Positions 34,557 through 43,924 of a stretch of DNA of 64,000 bases are shown here, one piece after another. The position numbers were made by a program, and so were the translations under genes. The DNA is taken from the IMG/VR virus record IMGVR_UViG_2974570554_000001. One strand, written 5' to 3'. The number at the start of each line of letters is the position of its first letter. The stretch's first letter is position 1. Source of the DNA: a virus (lineage: Duplodnaviria > Heunggongvirae > Uroviricota > Caudoviricetes > Demerecviridae). A model generated the notes under the pieces. It saw only the letters and a program-made list of their open reading frames with translations. It ran no database searches and was not told the origin of the DNA.

Positions 34557-35759
34557 ATGTTAAATAAAGATATGAATGGCAGAATGCTTTCTAAGGAGTT
34601 GGCAGTAGCTCTTGGAAAAGCCAGTCATCTAGTTGCTCCACTAAGCAAAGTTCTACGTGATAAGTATGACGCTATCTTTGAAGCCTCTCGTGGAATTATC
34701 AGTGTACCACGCGGTTACGGTACATACTGGGATTGGGCAGTACAAAAGCCTAGTAAGCATGGTTTCAAGTTCGATGCTAGATTCGACTTCTGGGCTGAAT
34801 CTAAGAAAGGTATGGAAGGCGTGGCTTTCATCCACAATGGTCAAGTGTTTATGCCTATATATCGAGACGGCCATGTAGTGTACGTAGTACATCTAGCATC
34901 CGGTCAAAAACACGCACTGGATATTGAACATCTAATGCCCCTGTTCCCTCGTGCAGTGTGTCAAACACTAAACAAAGAACAGACACGCATGTTCAATGAC
35001 CTCCAAGACCAAATCTCGAATATCTGTGATGCTCGTACAGACTGGTTAAACGGAAAAGGTACTTATACTCAGGGTCAACTAGACCCAGATTACACAGGCA
35101 GCCTGACTCCTTGTGAGCAGGAAGCAATTTCAGAACTGGATGATGATATGACAAATACATGGGCAACAGTAGGTCGTCGTGGTATGGGCGGAAGCATCAA
35201 AGACAAAAAACAAAACCCTTGGGTAACTAGCAACCCAGACCGTAATCTATTTATTACACAAGAAATGCTAGAACAAGCAATGCACAAAGAACAAACTACT
35301 CTTAAATCAGAAAAAGGTACAGAAGATATGACTAAAGCAACTCAAGTAAAAACTGGCATGATCAACGTAAACAAAGAAGCTCTTAAACAAGTAGGTTACT
35401 TGAACGCAGGTCGTGCTTCAAACAAACTAATCAAAGAATCGGTTCGTCCACTATTGAACGTAATGTTCAAACCAACCTTCATGCAAAAAATCGCTATGAA
35501 GCTATTTAAAATGGAAAACCCAGTGGACGTAGCACTAAAATCAGGTCTATCTGACTTGCTATGTGCTCAAATGGTTCAAGCAATCGTGGAAATCAAAGGC
35601 GTAGAAAACGAATACGTTCGTGAAGTAACTCAAGCTGGTATCACTCAAGCCGGTTACGAGCTATCTAAGTCTATCCCATTCGAAGATGCAATCGACAAAG
35701 TGGTTGCAAACCTAGAGAAAGGTGCTGAAGGCATCGTATCAAAAATCTCTAAAAAATAA
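34557..35759 (+). CDS. hypothetical protein (400 aa)
   Basis: RBS GAGAAGGAAG. Confidence 0.55.
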   Translation: MLNKDMNGRMLSKELAVALGKASHLVAPLSKVLRDKYDAIFEASRGIISVPRGYGTYWDWAVQKPSKHGFKFDARFDFWAESKKGMEGVAFIHNGQVFMPIYRDGHVVYVVHLASGQKHALDIEHLMPLFPRAVCQTLNKEQTRMFNDLQDQISNICDARTDWLNGKGTYTQGQLDPDYTGSLTPCEQEAISELDDDMTNTWATVGRRGMGGSIKDKKQNPWVTSNPDRNLFITQEMLEQAMHKEQTTLKSEKGTEDMTKATQVKTGMINVNKEALKQVGYLNAGRASNKLIKESVRPLLNVMFKPTFMQKIAMKLFKMENPVDVALKSGLSDLLCAQMVQAIVEIKGVENEYVREVTQAGITQAGYELSKSIPFEDAIDKVVANLEKGAEGIVSKISKK

Positions 35760-35789
35760 TTGCTAAAGCGGGTGAAAACCCGCTATAAT
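35760..35789 (+). promoter_or_regulatory. T5-type promoter with a hairpin in the spacer
   Basis: -35 TTGCTA at 35760, -10 TATAAT at 35784; gcgggtgaaaacccgc lies between them. Confidence 0.5.
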
Positions 35790-35815
35790 AATCACATAAA
35801 GTTAAGGAGATTAAA

Positions 35816-35972
35816 TGATTAAAATCCTTTGGATGGTCTTGGTACTAGGATGTACCTTGTTCCTTGTCTTCGGACGAAACATCATCAAGGAAGCTTTCCG
35901 CAGCGGGAAACGTGATATTGACGCTGTAGCAAACGAACTTAAAGAATCTAACGACAAACAGGAAACTAAATA
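35816..35972 (+). CDS. small membrane protein (52 aa)
   Basis: RBS AAGGAGAT; TM helix. Confidence 0.35.
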
Positions 35973-35974
35973 AT

Positions 35975-37219
35975 ATGAATAAAGCACAAGGCATTCTAGC
36001 AGCAACACTTGGTTCAGTAGTAATTCTAGCAGGTTCGCTAGTATGGGGTATCGGTTCTAACGACCTAGGCTACCGTCAAGTTATCCAATCTCCTAGCGGT
36101 GAAATCTCCGTGAAGTTCGACCAAGGTTGGTACTGGCAAGGTTTTGATACGGTTTACACGTATCCAGATAACATTAACTACGAAACACCGGATTCTGTAA
36201 CTACTGACTCTAAGGGTCGCCAGATGAAGAAAGAAGGTATCACAGTTCAGTACCAAGATGGTGGTATCGGTTTCGTAGACGGCTCGGTAATGATTTCATT
36301 GCCTAACGACAAAGAAAACATGGTTCAGCTCCATAAAGCGGCTAATAGCCCACAGGGTTTGATTGACAAAATCATCAGTCGTGAAGTTCGTCAAGGTCTT
36401 AACCTAACAGCAGGTCTTATGACCTCAGAAGAAGCCTACGCAGTACGTCGTAATGACTATGCAAATTGGGCACGAATGCAGGTTGAGCAGGGTCGTTTCC
36501 AAACAGTCTTGAAAGACAAGACAGTTACTATGGAAGATGGTAAGACCCAAACAAAACAAGTTCCTACAATCCAGTACCAAAAAGATGGTATCACTCCTGT
36601 GTACCAAGATGGTATGTTCGCTGATTACGGACTTAAAGTAACTGGTTTCCAAATCACGAGTTGGGACTTCGAAGATAAGACTAAAGCTCAGATTGACAAA
36701 AAACGTGAAGCCGAAATGGCTATCATTACTGCGAAAGCTAACGCTGACCGCGCAGACTGGGAAACTAAAGAAGTAGAAGCTAAAGGTAAGAAAGACATTG
36801 CAACTGTTAAATACCGTGAACTTCAACTTAAAGAAAAAGCTGTTATCGCTGCTGAACGAGAAAAAGCTGTTGCGCTTACTCGTGCTCAACAAAAAGTTGA
36901 AGTAGCTAAACAACTCGTAGCAGAGCAAACACAAAAAGCTATCGCTGCTAAGAAAGAAGCAGAAGCATTTACAACCATGTCAGTTGCTAAAGCACAAGAC
37001 AAAAAACGTATGATGCAATCAGATGGTGCTCTACAACAAAAACTAGATGCTTACAAATACTCACAACGAGTATGGGCAGAAGCATTTGCTAAACGTGCTG
37101 TTCCAGCTATTCAAATGGGTCAAGCACAAAGTGGAAACGGCGACGCTTCCGAATTTCAATCAATGCTTAACGCAATGATGGCTAAAGACCTATTGGTTAA
37201 CGTTAAAGCAACGAAATAA
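35975..37219 (+). CDS. SPFH/band-7 (flotillin/HflKC-like) membrane protein with a long K/A/E coiled-coil tail
   Basis: N-terminal TM segment, SPFH-like core, C-terminal AEREKA/KAQ repeats. Confidence 0.55.
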   Translation: MNKAQGILAATLGSVVILAGSLVWGIGSNDLGYRQVIQSPSGEISVKFDQGWYWQGFDTVYTYPDNINYETPDSVTTDSKGRQMKKEGITVQYQDGGIGFVDGSVMISLPNDKENMVQLHKAANSPQGLIDKIISREVRQGLNLTAGLMTSEEAYAVRRNDYANWARMQVEQGRFQTVLKDKTVTMEDGKTQTKQVPTIQYQKDGITPVYQDGMFADYGLKVTGFQITSWDFEDKTKAQIDKKREAEMAIITAKANADRADWETKEVEAKGKKDIATVKYRELQLKEKAVIAAEREKAVALTRAQQKVEVAKQLVAEQTQKAIAAKKEAEAFTTMSVAKAQDKKRMMQSDGALQQKLDAYKYSQRVWAEAFAKRAVPAIQMGQAQSGNGDASEFQSMLNAMMAKDLLVNVKATK

Positions 37220-37228
37220 ACACACATT

Positions 37229-37252
37229 TAGCCACCTTCGGGTGGCTTTTTG
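37229..37252 (+). terminator. rho-independent terminator
   Basis: tagccacc-ttcg-ggtggct hairpin followed by TTTTT. Confidence 0.65.
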
Positions 37253-37282
37253 CGTATCCACACGTAACACTTGGAGGATTTC

Positions 37283-37693
37283 ATGAATTGGCGGCGAGGC
37301 GCGGGTAAAATCTGTCGTGGTATCTGTTATTTAGGTATATGTTTTTATTTTATGCTGGTAGGCACATATATACACGCAGTTACCGGTTCTGCTTTCTTAA
37401 TGGGAGCTGCTATCTTCATTATAAACCTACTATTCTGGCAAGCGATGGGCTATATCCAGAATAAGACAGATAAATTAAAAGAAGAACGCATAGAAGCCGA
37501 AACAGAAGCTATGCGGAAGCAAAATATTGCTGACCAACGGGCTTGGGATCACGTATCTTCAGTAATTTGTATGGTACTTGTAAGTAATATGTCTGAAAAA
37601 CCTATTAATACATTTGAAGCACTATCATTTAAGATGGGCTACAGTGACTTGCTAAGAGCTATAGCTAGAGGAGAAAGAGCATGGCGAATATAG
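37283..37693 (+). CDS. membrane protein
   Basis: RBS GGAGGATTTC; two TM segments. Confidence 0.45.
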   Translation: MNWRRGAGKICRGICYLGICFYFMLVGTYIHAVTGSAFLMGAAIFIINLLFWQAMGYIQNKTDKLKEERIEAETEAMRKQNIADQRAWDHVSSVICMVLVSNMSEKPINTFEALSFKMGYSDLLRAIARGERAWRI

Positions 37694-38082
37694 ATAATTT
37701 TGCTAAAAAGTTCAGTCTATTGACAGAAGAAGAAAGAAATCAATTGCTTGATATAGTAAAACTTGATAAAATTAAGTCTGAATTTGAAAATCACAAAAAC
37801 TCACTTTCAGAGAAAGGTTATCACCTTACTTCACATTGCACATCGTATGAACAGTCTCATTTTTCAAAGAATGTACTGAATGATGAGCCAATGCTACACG
37901 TTACACTCAGTCGAAACGACTTAGGTGAGTGGAAGTGTGAAATCTCGCATATGATAGGGCTGGTTAAAGTCACATCAGGAGAATTTTGCTATCCTCATGA
38001 TGGATTTTCAAGAATCTTTGAGAAACAGGTCTTAAAAGTTGCTATGGCAACAGAGCACCTTCAACCAGAGAGGTTACGATGA
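37681..38082 (+). CDS. hypothetical protein
   Basis: 133 aa. Confidence 0.45.
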   Translation: MANIDNFAKKFSLLTEEERNQLLDIVKLDKIKSEFENHKNSLSEKGYHLTSHCTSYEQSHFSKNVLNDEPMLHVTLSRNDLGEWKCEISHMIGLVKVTSGEFCYPHDGFSRIFEKQVLKVAMATEHLQPERLR

Positions 38083-38185
38083 AGACACGAGCTATTTGGG
38101 CAACTATTCTAGGGCTGTTAGGCTTCGCATTAACGGGAAGCCTGCCAGCAGGTATTATTAGTGCAATTATAGGAGCATTACTAGT

Positions 38186-38935
38186 ATGAGCGTAATTGAT
38201 ATTACAGATCGTCGCCATATTTACTTCGTTGGCGACCTTCATGGTGACTGGAAAGCACTAAAGTTTTTCCTAGACCAAGTAGAATTCAACTACAGAGACA
38301 TTATTGTCTCTGTAGGGGACTTATTCGACCGTGGTGAGAAGCCACTAGAAGTAATTAACTTCTTCCTATACACTGAGAACGCTCTAGCAGTTCTTGGCAA
38401 CCACGAAGATATGGCAATCCAAGGTATAGTGCATGGCGATAACCGTTGGGCTATGACTTGGATACAAAATGGCGGGGATTGGTTCTTAGACTATCCTGAA
38501 GGTATGATTAAAGGGATTCTCAAGCAGATTGAGAAGGAGTTCCCTTACCAGCTAACATTGCGATACGAAAACACAAAATTTGGAGTAACACATGCAGAAG
38601 CACCAACAGAGCACTGGGATGACTATGTTCAAAGAGCAGGCAAATACCATCCTGACGACAATCGAGCAATCTGGGGACGCAGCGCCATCAAAGGTAATAG
38701 ATTTACTAACATTCGTGGGGTGGACTTCACTATTCACGGGCACAGTGTTCGTGACTCTGTTACTAGCATCGGCAATCAAATGTGGATTGACACTGGCTCA
38801 GTATTTGATGGAGGCGACCGTAAATACGGACTCACAGTAATGGAGTGGGATAAATCTGGTAAAGGTGGTTGGGTAAATCACCGTATAATCAGAAATCATT
38901 TTGAACGTGGTGGTCTAGAACATATAATTATCTAA
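38186..38935 (+). CDS. serine/threonine protein phosphatase (calcineurin-like PPP family)
   Basis: GDLHGD, GDLFDRG, GNHED and later H-rich motifs. Confidence 0.7.
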   Translation: MSVIDITDRRHIYFVGDLHGDWKALKFFLDQVEFNYRDIIVSVGDLFDRGEKPLEVINFFLYTENALAVLGNHEDMAIQGIVHGDNRWAMTWIQNGGDWFLDYPEGMIKGILKQIEKEFPYQLTLRYENTKFGVTHAEAPTEHWDDYVQRAGKYHPDDNRAIWGRSAIKGNRFTNIRGVDFTIHGHSVRDSVTSIGNQMWIDTGSVFDGGDRKYGLTVMEWDKSGKGGWVNHRIIRNHFERGGLEHIII

Positions 38936-38964
38936 TTGCTAAAACACGTTAAAAAGCGTATAAT
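38936..38964 (+). promoter_or_regulatory. T5-type early promoter
   Basis: -35 TTGCTA at 38936, -10 TATAAT at 38959. Confidence 0.65.
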
Positions 38965-38998
38965 AGTTACATAAAGTTGAGAAACGGAGATAGTCATT

Positions 38999-39262
38999 AT
39001 GGCAGATTTTTGGGACAAACACCTTAACAAAGTGCAACAATACGAAATCGTAGATTCAGTTGCAGGTACTTGTGAGTCAGGTTGTAATGTTGATTACTGG
39101 CAAAAAGAGTTTGGCTTTAGCGATGAAGTTCGTGATGAGCTAGATTGGGACTTCCCTAGTCTAGCTGCTAAATTCGAATTATTCCGCTGTGAAGATTGCA
39201 TGTGGTGGGGCGACATGGGTGAAGTTGGTGACTGTAATGAATGTGGTGGAGATTTAGTATGA
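38999..39262 (+). CDS. hypothetical Cys-rich protein
   Basis: 87 aa; several Cys pairs. Confidence 0.45.
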   Translation: MADFWDKHLNKVQQYEIVDSVAGTCESGCNVDYWQKEFGFSDEVRDELDWDFPSLAAKFELFRCEDCMWWGDMGEVGDCNECGGDLV

Positions 39263-39504
39263 GAAAGTATAAAGACCTAATACACGAAAAGTACCCACAA
39301 GCTATTTATTGTGAAGCAACTCGTGAAGACTTCATGGCACGTATCCCCCTACAAGAATCAGCATATGGAGAGTTGGCTATTCATGAAGACGACGTATACC
39401 TAGAGCTACACAATAGAAAATGGGGTGTAACTCTAAGTCTAGTTAAAGAAACTGGAATGCTACATATCCCGTACCTAATCAACACTTACAGATTCACGGA
39501 GTAG
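39259..39504 (+). CDS. hypothetical protein
   Basis: RBS GGAGATTTAGT. Confidence 0.45.
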   Translation: MRKYKDLIHEKYPQAIYCEATREDFMARIPLQESAYGELAIHEDDVYLELHNRKWGVTLSLVKETGMLHIPYLINTYRFTE

Positions 39505-39506
39505 CT

Positions 39507-39761
39507 ATGAACGTAATTATATTTAATGACCATGTACAGCCCACAGACACTGCCACCTTATTTGGTGGGGATAGTGAGCCCGTATATATTATTGATAGTG
39601 ATGAAGTACGAGATTTACCTCATTTATTAGCAGTTTTAGAAATCTACAAGTCCACTTCTCAGGCTCGTCAAGCAGGTCGTAAAGGTAAAATACCCACTGG
39701 CTGGACAGTTATGAAGGCTAGTAAGAAAGTTGAACTATTTATTTGGAATCCTACGGAGTAG
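39507..39761 (+). CDS. hypothetical protein
   Basis: 84 aa. Confidence 0.45.
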   Translation: MNVIIFNDHVQPTDTATLFGGDSEPVYIIDSDEVRDLPHLLAVLEIYKSTSQARQAGRKGKIPTGWTVMKASKKVELFIWNPTE

Positions 39762-39766
39762 AAGAT

Positions 39767-40693
39767 ATGAAATTTAACGTACAAGATTTGATTGACCGTG
39801 GCTTGGTTAAGGCTAAAGAATACGACAATGGACTAAAAGTATTGAAGTATGATCGCTCGGTATTCTTCAAGAACTTGTGGCATCTAGACGAACGCTTGCT
39901 TGAGTGTCGTGGTCGCGTGGTTGACGCTGACTGGAATGTGATTGTTAATCCATTCAAGAAAGTATTCAATTACGGTGAAAATGGTACTGGTAACGAGCTA
40001 CGAAAAGACTGTCTGTACCGTGAAGTACACAAGCTTAACGGGTTCTTGGGTTGTGTTACTCGTTCCTCAGAGTATGGCATGTTGTACTCTACTACTGGCA
40101 CACTAGACTCCACTTACGCTGGTATGGTGAAAGAGATGTTCCTAGAACATACTCGTAACATTGATGAAATTCATCCAGATTTTACGATGATGTTCGAGGT
40201 CTGTCATGAAGACGACCCACACATCGTACCAGAGCAGGTAGGTCTATACCTGATTGGTTGCCGCCATACTGGTGAGGGTGAAGAATGCGAAGAAGAGCAG
40301 TTTACAGAGAAAGAGCTGGATAAACTTGCTCGTGCATTTGGTTGGCGTCGTCCAGAGCATCGCTTAGATACTCTAGAAAATATCCTAGCACGAGCTAAGG
40401 TATCTAAGACAGAAGGTGTTATGGTGTGTTCAGCACTAAATGACGAGCACTTGTTTAAATACAAGACTCCACACTATCTGTCTAAAAAGCTGCTCATGCG
40501 TCTAGGCAAGGCTAAAGTTGAGAAACTGTTTGAAGCTCCAGACATGTTCAAGCAATGGTTGAAGGATGAAGAGTTCTTCGGTATTGTGGACTACATCCTA
40601 GCTAATATGGATAAGGAAGAATGGTTGGCACTAGGTGAGCAAGGTCGTCGTAAGTTCATGGAAGATTGGTTCGACAAAAACAACGCTTTTTAA
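39767..40693 (+). CDS. ATP-dependent RNA ligase (Rnl-family nucleotidyltransferase)
   Basis: Nucleotidyltransferase motif I KLNG (KxNG) in ...YREVHKLNGFLGCV; sits in the operon with the kinase and phosphoesterase; RBS GGAGTAGAAGAT. Confidence 0.5.
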   Translation: MKFNVQDLIDRGLVKAKEYDNGLKVLKYDRSVFFKNLWHLDERLLECRGRVVDADWNVIVNPFKKVFNYGENGTGNELRKDCLYREVHKLNGFLGCVTRSSEYGMLYSTTGTLDSTYAGMVKEMFLEHTRNIDEIHPDFTMMFEVCHEDDPHIVPEQVGLYLIGCRHTGEGEECEEEQFTEKELDKLARAFGWRRPEHRLDTLENILARAKVSKTEGVMVCSALNDEHLFKYKTPHYLSKKLLMRLGKAKVEKLFEAPDMFKQWLKDEEFFGIVDYILANMDKEEWLALGEQGRRKFMEDWFDKNNAF

Positions 40694-40694
40694 A

Positions 40695-40723
40695 TTGCCA
40701 AAGCAGGGATGCTTTGATATAAT
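40695..40723 (+). promoter_or_regulatory. T5-type early promoter
   Basis: -35 TTGCCA at 40695, -10 TATAAT at 40718. Confidence 0.55.
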
Positions 40724-40748
40724 ATCTGTAGAAATTGAGGAGATTGTT

Positions 40749-41012
40749 ATGATTATTTCTAAGTATGATGTAGTTGTTAGTTTTGGTGCAAGTAGTTACT
40801 GTGACGTAACTATGTGCCAAAGTGATTTTTGCCAGATTAAGGACGAGCTTATAGAGAGACTGAGTGAGTTTGGTGGAGAAATCTGCGTAACACTTACTAC
40901 TATATCTTTTACCATAGCTGGCATTGAAAATGTATCATATGCGGAAGAGCTAGAAACTAAGCTAGCAGGTATTGGTGAATACTTACTTGATTGTTTATGG
41001 GAGCAAGAATAA
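40749..41012 (+). CDS. hypothetical protein
   Basis: Start after leader GAGGAGATTGTT. Confidence 0.4.
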   Translation: MIISKYDVVVSFGASSYCDVTMCQSDFCQIKDELIERLSEFGGEICVTLTTISFTIAGIENVSYAEELETKLAGIGEYLLDCLWEQE

Positions 41013-41416
41013 TGAAAAAACTATATTTGATTCGCGGTGTATCGGGTTCTGGCAAAACTACTCTAGCTAAGTCAATGGAACAAGGTATGCGATACTCTCG
41101 TGCTGTTGCTGCTGACGACTACTTCATGTTTGAAGGTAAATATCTATTTGATGTTAATAAGCTACATGCAGCGCATCAATGGTGTCAAGACCAAGTTGAT
41201 GGTCTTATGATTTGCGAGATGCACCACATTATTGTACATAATACCTTTACTACTGAAAAAGAAATGAAGCCATACTTTGACTTAGCGGAGAAATACGGTT
41301 ATGAAGTAACAACTCTAGTGGTTGAAAATCGTCATGAATCGGAATCGGTACACGATGTACCAGAAGAAACTCTAACACGTCAGCGTCAACGCCTACGTGC
41401 TAATATCCGTCTATAA
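41012..41416 (+). CDS. P-loop kinase (polynucleotide 5'-kinase-like)
   Basis: Walker A GVSGSGKTT at the N-terminus; about 135 aa; RBS GGGAGCAAGAATA. Confidence 0.55.
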   Translation: MKKLYLIRGVSGSGKTTLAKSMEQGMRYSRAVAADDYFMFEGKYLFDVNKLHAAHQWCQDQVDGLMICEMHHIIVHNTFTTEKEMKPYFDLAEKYGYEVTTLVVENRHESESVHDVPEETLTRQRQRLRANIRL

Positions 41417-41425
41417 GGAGGTAAT

Positions 41426-41989
41426 ATGCGTCTACAGTTCGGAGCAAAACTAAATCCAGATGTGAATTATTTTATCACGTCTGACTTACACTTCTTTCAT
41501 ACTAACATTATGAAGTTCTGTCCAGAGACGCGTCCTTGGGCTGACCGTAATGAAATGACGGAAGCACTTATTGCACATTGGAACTCTATTGTGGGTGAAG
41601 ATGATGTAGTGTTCCACCTTGGAGATTTTTCATTCGCAGGAATGGAGAAAACTCAGGCTGTCCTAGACCGATTGAATGGTCACATCGTATGGGTAATGGG
41701 CAACCACGACAAAACTGTTCGAAATCAGTTGAAGTCACCAAACAAGTTCGAATATCTCGAAGTTACTTATAATAAAATCAAAATCTGTATGTTCCACTAT
41801 GCAATGCGTGTATGGAATATGCAACATCATGGTAGCATCCACTTCTATGGTCACTCCCATGGGTCACTAGAAGGTACTGGACGCTCTATGGACGTGGGCT
41901 ATGATGCTCATGGTCGAATCCTGCCGCTAGATTGGGCAGTAAGACAGATGCTCAAAGTTGAGCGTATAGAAACAGAAGACCACCACTAA
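41426..41989 (+). CDS. calcineurin-like metallophosphoesterase (putative 2',3'/3'-phosphatase)
   Basis: DLHFFH...GDFSF...GNHD...GHSH motifs; RBS AGGAGG. Confidence 0.6.
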   Translation: MRLQFGAKLNPDVNYFITSDLHFFHTNIMKFCPETRPWADRNEMTEALIAHWNSIVGEDDVVFHLGDFSFAGMEKTQAVLDRLNGHIVWVMGNHDKTVRNQLKSPNKFEYLEVTYNKIKICMFHYAMRVWNMQHHGSIHFYGHSHGSLEGTGRSMDVGYDAHGRILPLDWAVRQMLKVERIETEDHH

Positions 41990-42450
41990 TGATTAAATAT
42001 ACCGCAATACTATCAAGCCTAGTGCTAATGCTAGGCTTTGCTCACGATGCCCTTGCAACTGAAAAAGTTGAAGACCCCGCCAAGATTGAAGTCTATGGCG
42101 GGGCTTTGTCGTATCACTTCGATACGGATAAAGACCTAAATAACGTAAATCCACTTGTCATTGCTACATATGACGATTGGGCTACAGGCTACTTCTATAA
42201 TAGCTATAAAGAGAACTCCTTCATGGTAGGACGAAACTTCTATCTAGAAAGAAAAGAGCAATCTCCTGTAGTTATAGGGGTAATCCTGGGAGCTGTAACG
42301 GGCTATAATAAAAATCAAGTACCTATGTGCTTTACAGATGGATTCTGTCCTATGGTAATGCCTTACATTCAATGGCATTATGGTAACTGGAAGCCAACTA
42401 TAATCTTCGGCGGAGCATTCGTTTCTGCTGCTGTTGGATACGAATTTTAA
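41989..42450 (+). CDS. small outer-membrane beta-barrel-like protein
   Basis: Signal peptide; alternating aromatic/hydrophobic beta pattern; C-terminal ...VGYEF (terminal Phe). Confidence 0.45.
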   Translation: MIKYTAILSSLVLMLGFAHDALATEKVEDPAKIEVYGGALSYHFDTDKDLNNVNPLVIATYDDWATGYFYNSYKENSFMVGRNFYLERKEQSPVVIGVILGAVTGYNKNQVPMCFTDGFCPMVMPYIQWHYGNWKPTIIFGGAFVSAAVGYEF

Positions 42451-42454
42451 AACT

Positions 42455-42487
42455 TAGGTTGCTTAGGCAACCTTTTTTACGTATAAT
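42455..42487 (+). promoter_or_regulatory. terminator-hairpin / T5-promoter fusion
   Basis: aggttgcttaggcaacct hairpin followed by TTTTTT; its TTGCTT is the -35 (42459) for -10 TATAAT at 42482. Confidence 0.55.
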
Positions 42488-42517
42488 ATATGTATAAATT
42501 GAAGAGAAGGAAACAAT

Positions 42518-43390
42518 ATGTCAAATATTAGCATTATGTGTAACGGCGACAACCATCATTACGAACTACAAGTAGACTTCACTAAGTTCTCAGATGGAGC
42601 AGAAACTTGTACTATTCGCAAACCAAATGTAGACCTTACTAAGTCTAATTTCGTGGTCGTTACTATTAACTTCCAAGACGTTACTCGTGATATTGTACGT
42701 CTACTCCTAGTGAAAGATGCACTAGACCAAATGCGTGCTGAAAACTGTATCAATTGGGAACGCATCTCACTAAACATGCCATACATCCCTAACGCTCGCG
42801 CTGACCGTAAGTTTGGTTTTGGTATGCCAATGCCAATGAAAGTATTTGCTAACCTTATCAACGACCTAGAGTTCGATGAAGTAATGGTAGAAGACCCTCA
42901 TTCAGATGTTAGTGTGGCACTAATCAATAACGCCACTGTACTAGACCAATCAGCGTTGGTTAGTATAATGGAACATCATATAGAACGCTACATGCCTGAC
43001 TTCACTCTGTGTGCCCCAGACTTAGGTGCTGCTAAGAAAATCTTTGATGTAGCGTTTGCTCTGGATAAACGAGACTGGATTCAAGGTCTTAAAATCCGTG
43101 ACGTACTAACAGGTGATATTGTTAAGTGTGACCTAGTACAAGATGAAGTGCCTGAAAACGTTCTTATCGTGGACGACATTTCAGACGGTGGAGCATCATT
43201 CAAGTTCTTGGCTAAGAAACTAAAAGAGCGTGGAGCTAAGAAAGTAGGTCTATATGTTACTCATGGTATCTTCTCTAAGGGTCTAGACCCAATCCGTGAA
43301 GATATTGACTATGTATTCGTACACAACTTCATTGGTGGTTACATCAATGCAGCAAACGTCCTAGCATTTAATGAAGGTAAGGATCAATAA
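42518..43390 (+). CDS. ribose-phosphate pyrophosphokinase (Prs) homologue; candidate ADP-ribose pyrophosphokinase (Adps-like)
   Basis: FSDGAETCTIRK, PYIPNARADRK and VLIVDDISDGGASFKFLAKKLKERGAKKV align with Prs FSDGE, PYFGYARQDR and VDDMIDTGGT...LKERGAKRV. Confidence 0.7.
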   Translation: MSNISIMCNGDNHHYELQVDFTKFSDGAETCTIRKPNVDLTKSNFVVVTINFQDVTRDIVRLLLVKDALDQMRAENCINWERISLNMPYIPNARADRKFGFGMPMPMKVFANLINDLEFDEVMVEDPHSDVSVALINNATVLDQSALVSIMEHHIERYMPDFTLCAPDLGAAKKIFDVAFALDKRDWIQGLKIRDVLTGDIVKCDLVQDEVPENVLIVDDISDGGASFKFLAKKLKERGAKKVGLYVTHGIFSKGLDPIREDIDYVFVHNFIGGYINAANVLAFNEGKDQ

Positions 43391-43863
43391 TGATTAAAGT
43401 AATTCAAGGTGATATGGTCAAGCACCTACAATCAAAAGACCACCTAGATGCATACGCTCACCAGTGTAACTGTTTCTGTAGAATGGGGAGAGGCATTGCG
43501 CCTCTTCTAGCTAAAGCAGTGCCTTGGCTAAGGGCTGCGGATAGTTTTGATGAAGGCGACAAAAATAAGTTGGGTACAGTATCCAAAGCTAAGCACCCTA
43601 ATGGGGCAGTAGTATTCAATGTATATGGTCAATATCATTGGAACAAATTTAAAGTAGCACCTGGGAGAAATACTGACTACGATGCGCTAGAGAAGGGGCT
43701 GTGGAGAGTGTTGGCAGATATGCTAAAGGACGACATGAAAACATTAGGCTTACCTCTGATTGGTTGCGGTCTAGCAGGGGGTGATTGGGATAATGTAGTG
43801 CTCCCAATGATTCACAAAGTGTTTGATAATTCAGGCGTTGACGTAACTATTTTTAAATTGTAA
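43390..43863 (+). CDS. macro-domain protein (ADP-ribose binding/processing)
   Basis: IQGDM...AHQCNC...GIA...LIGCGLAGGDWDNV pattern typical of macro domains; ATGA coupling. Confidence 0.55.
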   Translation: MIKVIQGDMVKHLQSKDHLDAYAHQCNCFCRMGRGIAPLLAKAVPWLRAADSFDEGDKNKLGTVSKAKHPNGAVVFNVYGQYHWNKFKVAPGRNTDYDALEKGLWRVLADMLKDDMKTLGLPLIGCGLAGGDWDNVVLPMIHKVFDNSGVDVTIFKL

Positions 43864-43892
43864 TTGCTTAACTAATTAAATTTACGTATAAT
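43864..43892 (+). promoter_or_regulatory. T5-type early promoter
   Basis: -35 TTGCTT at 43864, -10 TATAAT at 43887. Confidence 0.55.
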
Positions 43893-43924
43893 ATATTCAT
43901 AAATTAAAGAGAAGGAAATAATCT

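Noticed and set aside
36425-36934. 169-aa minus-strand ORF
   Set aside because: Antisense to the SPFH-protein gene; F/S/L-rich junk translation of an A/G-rich coding strand.
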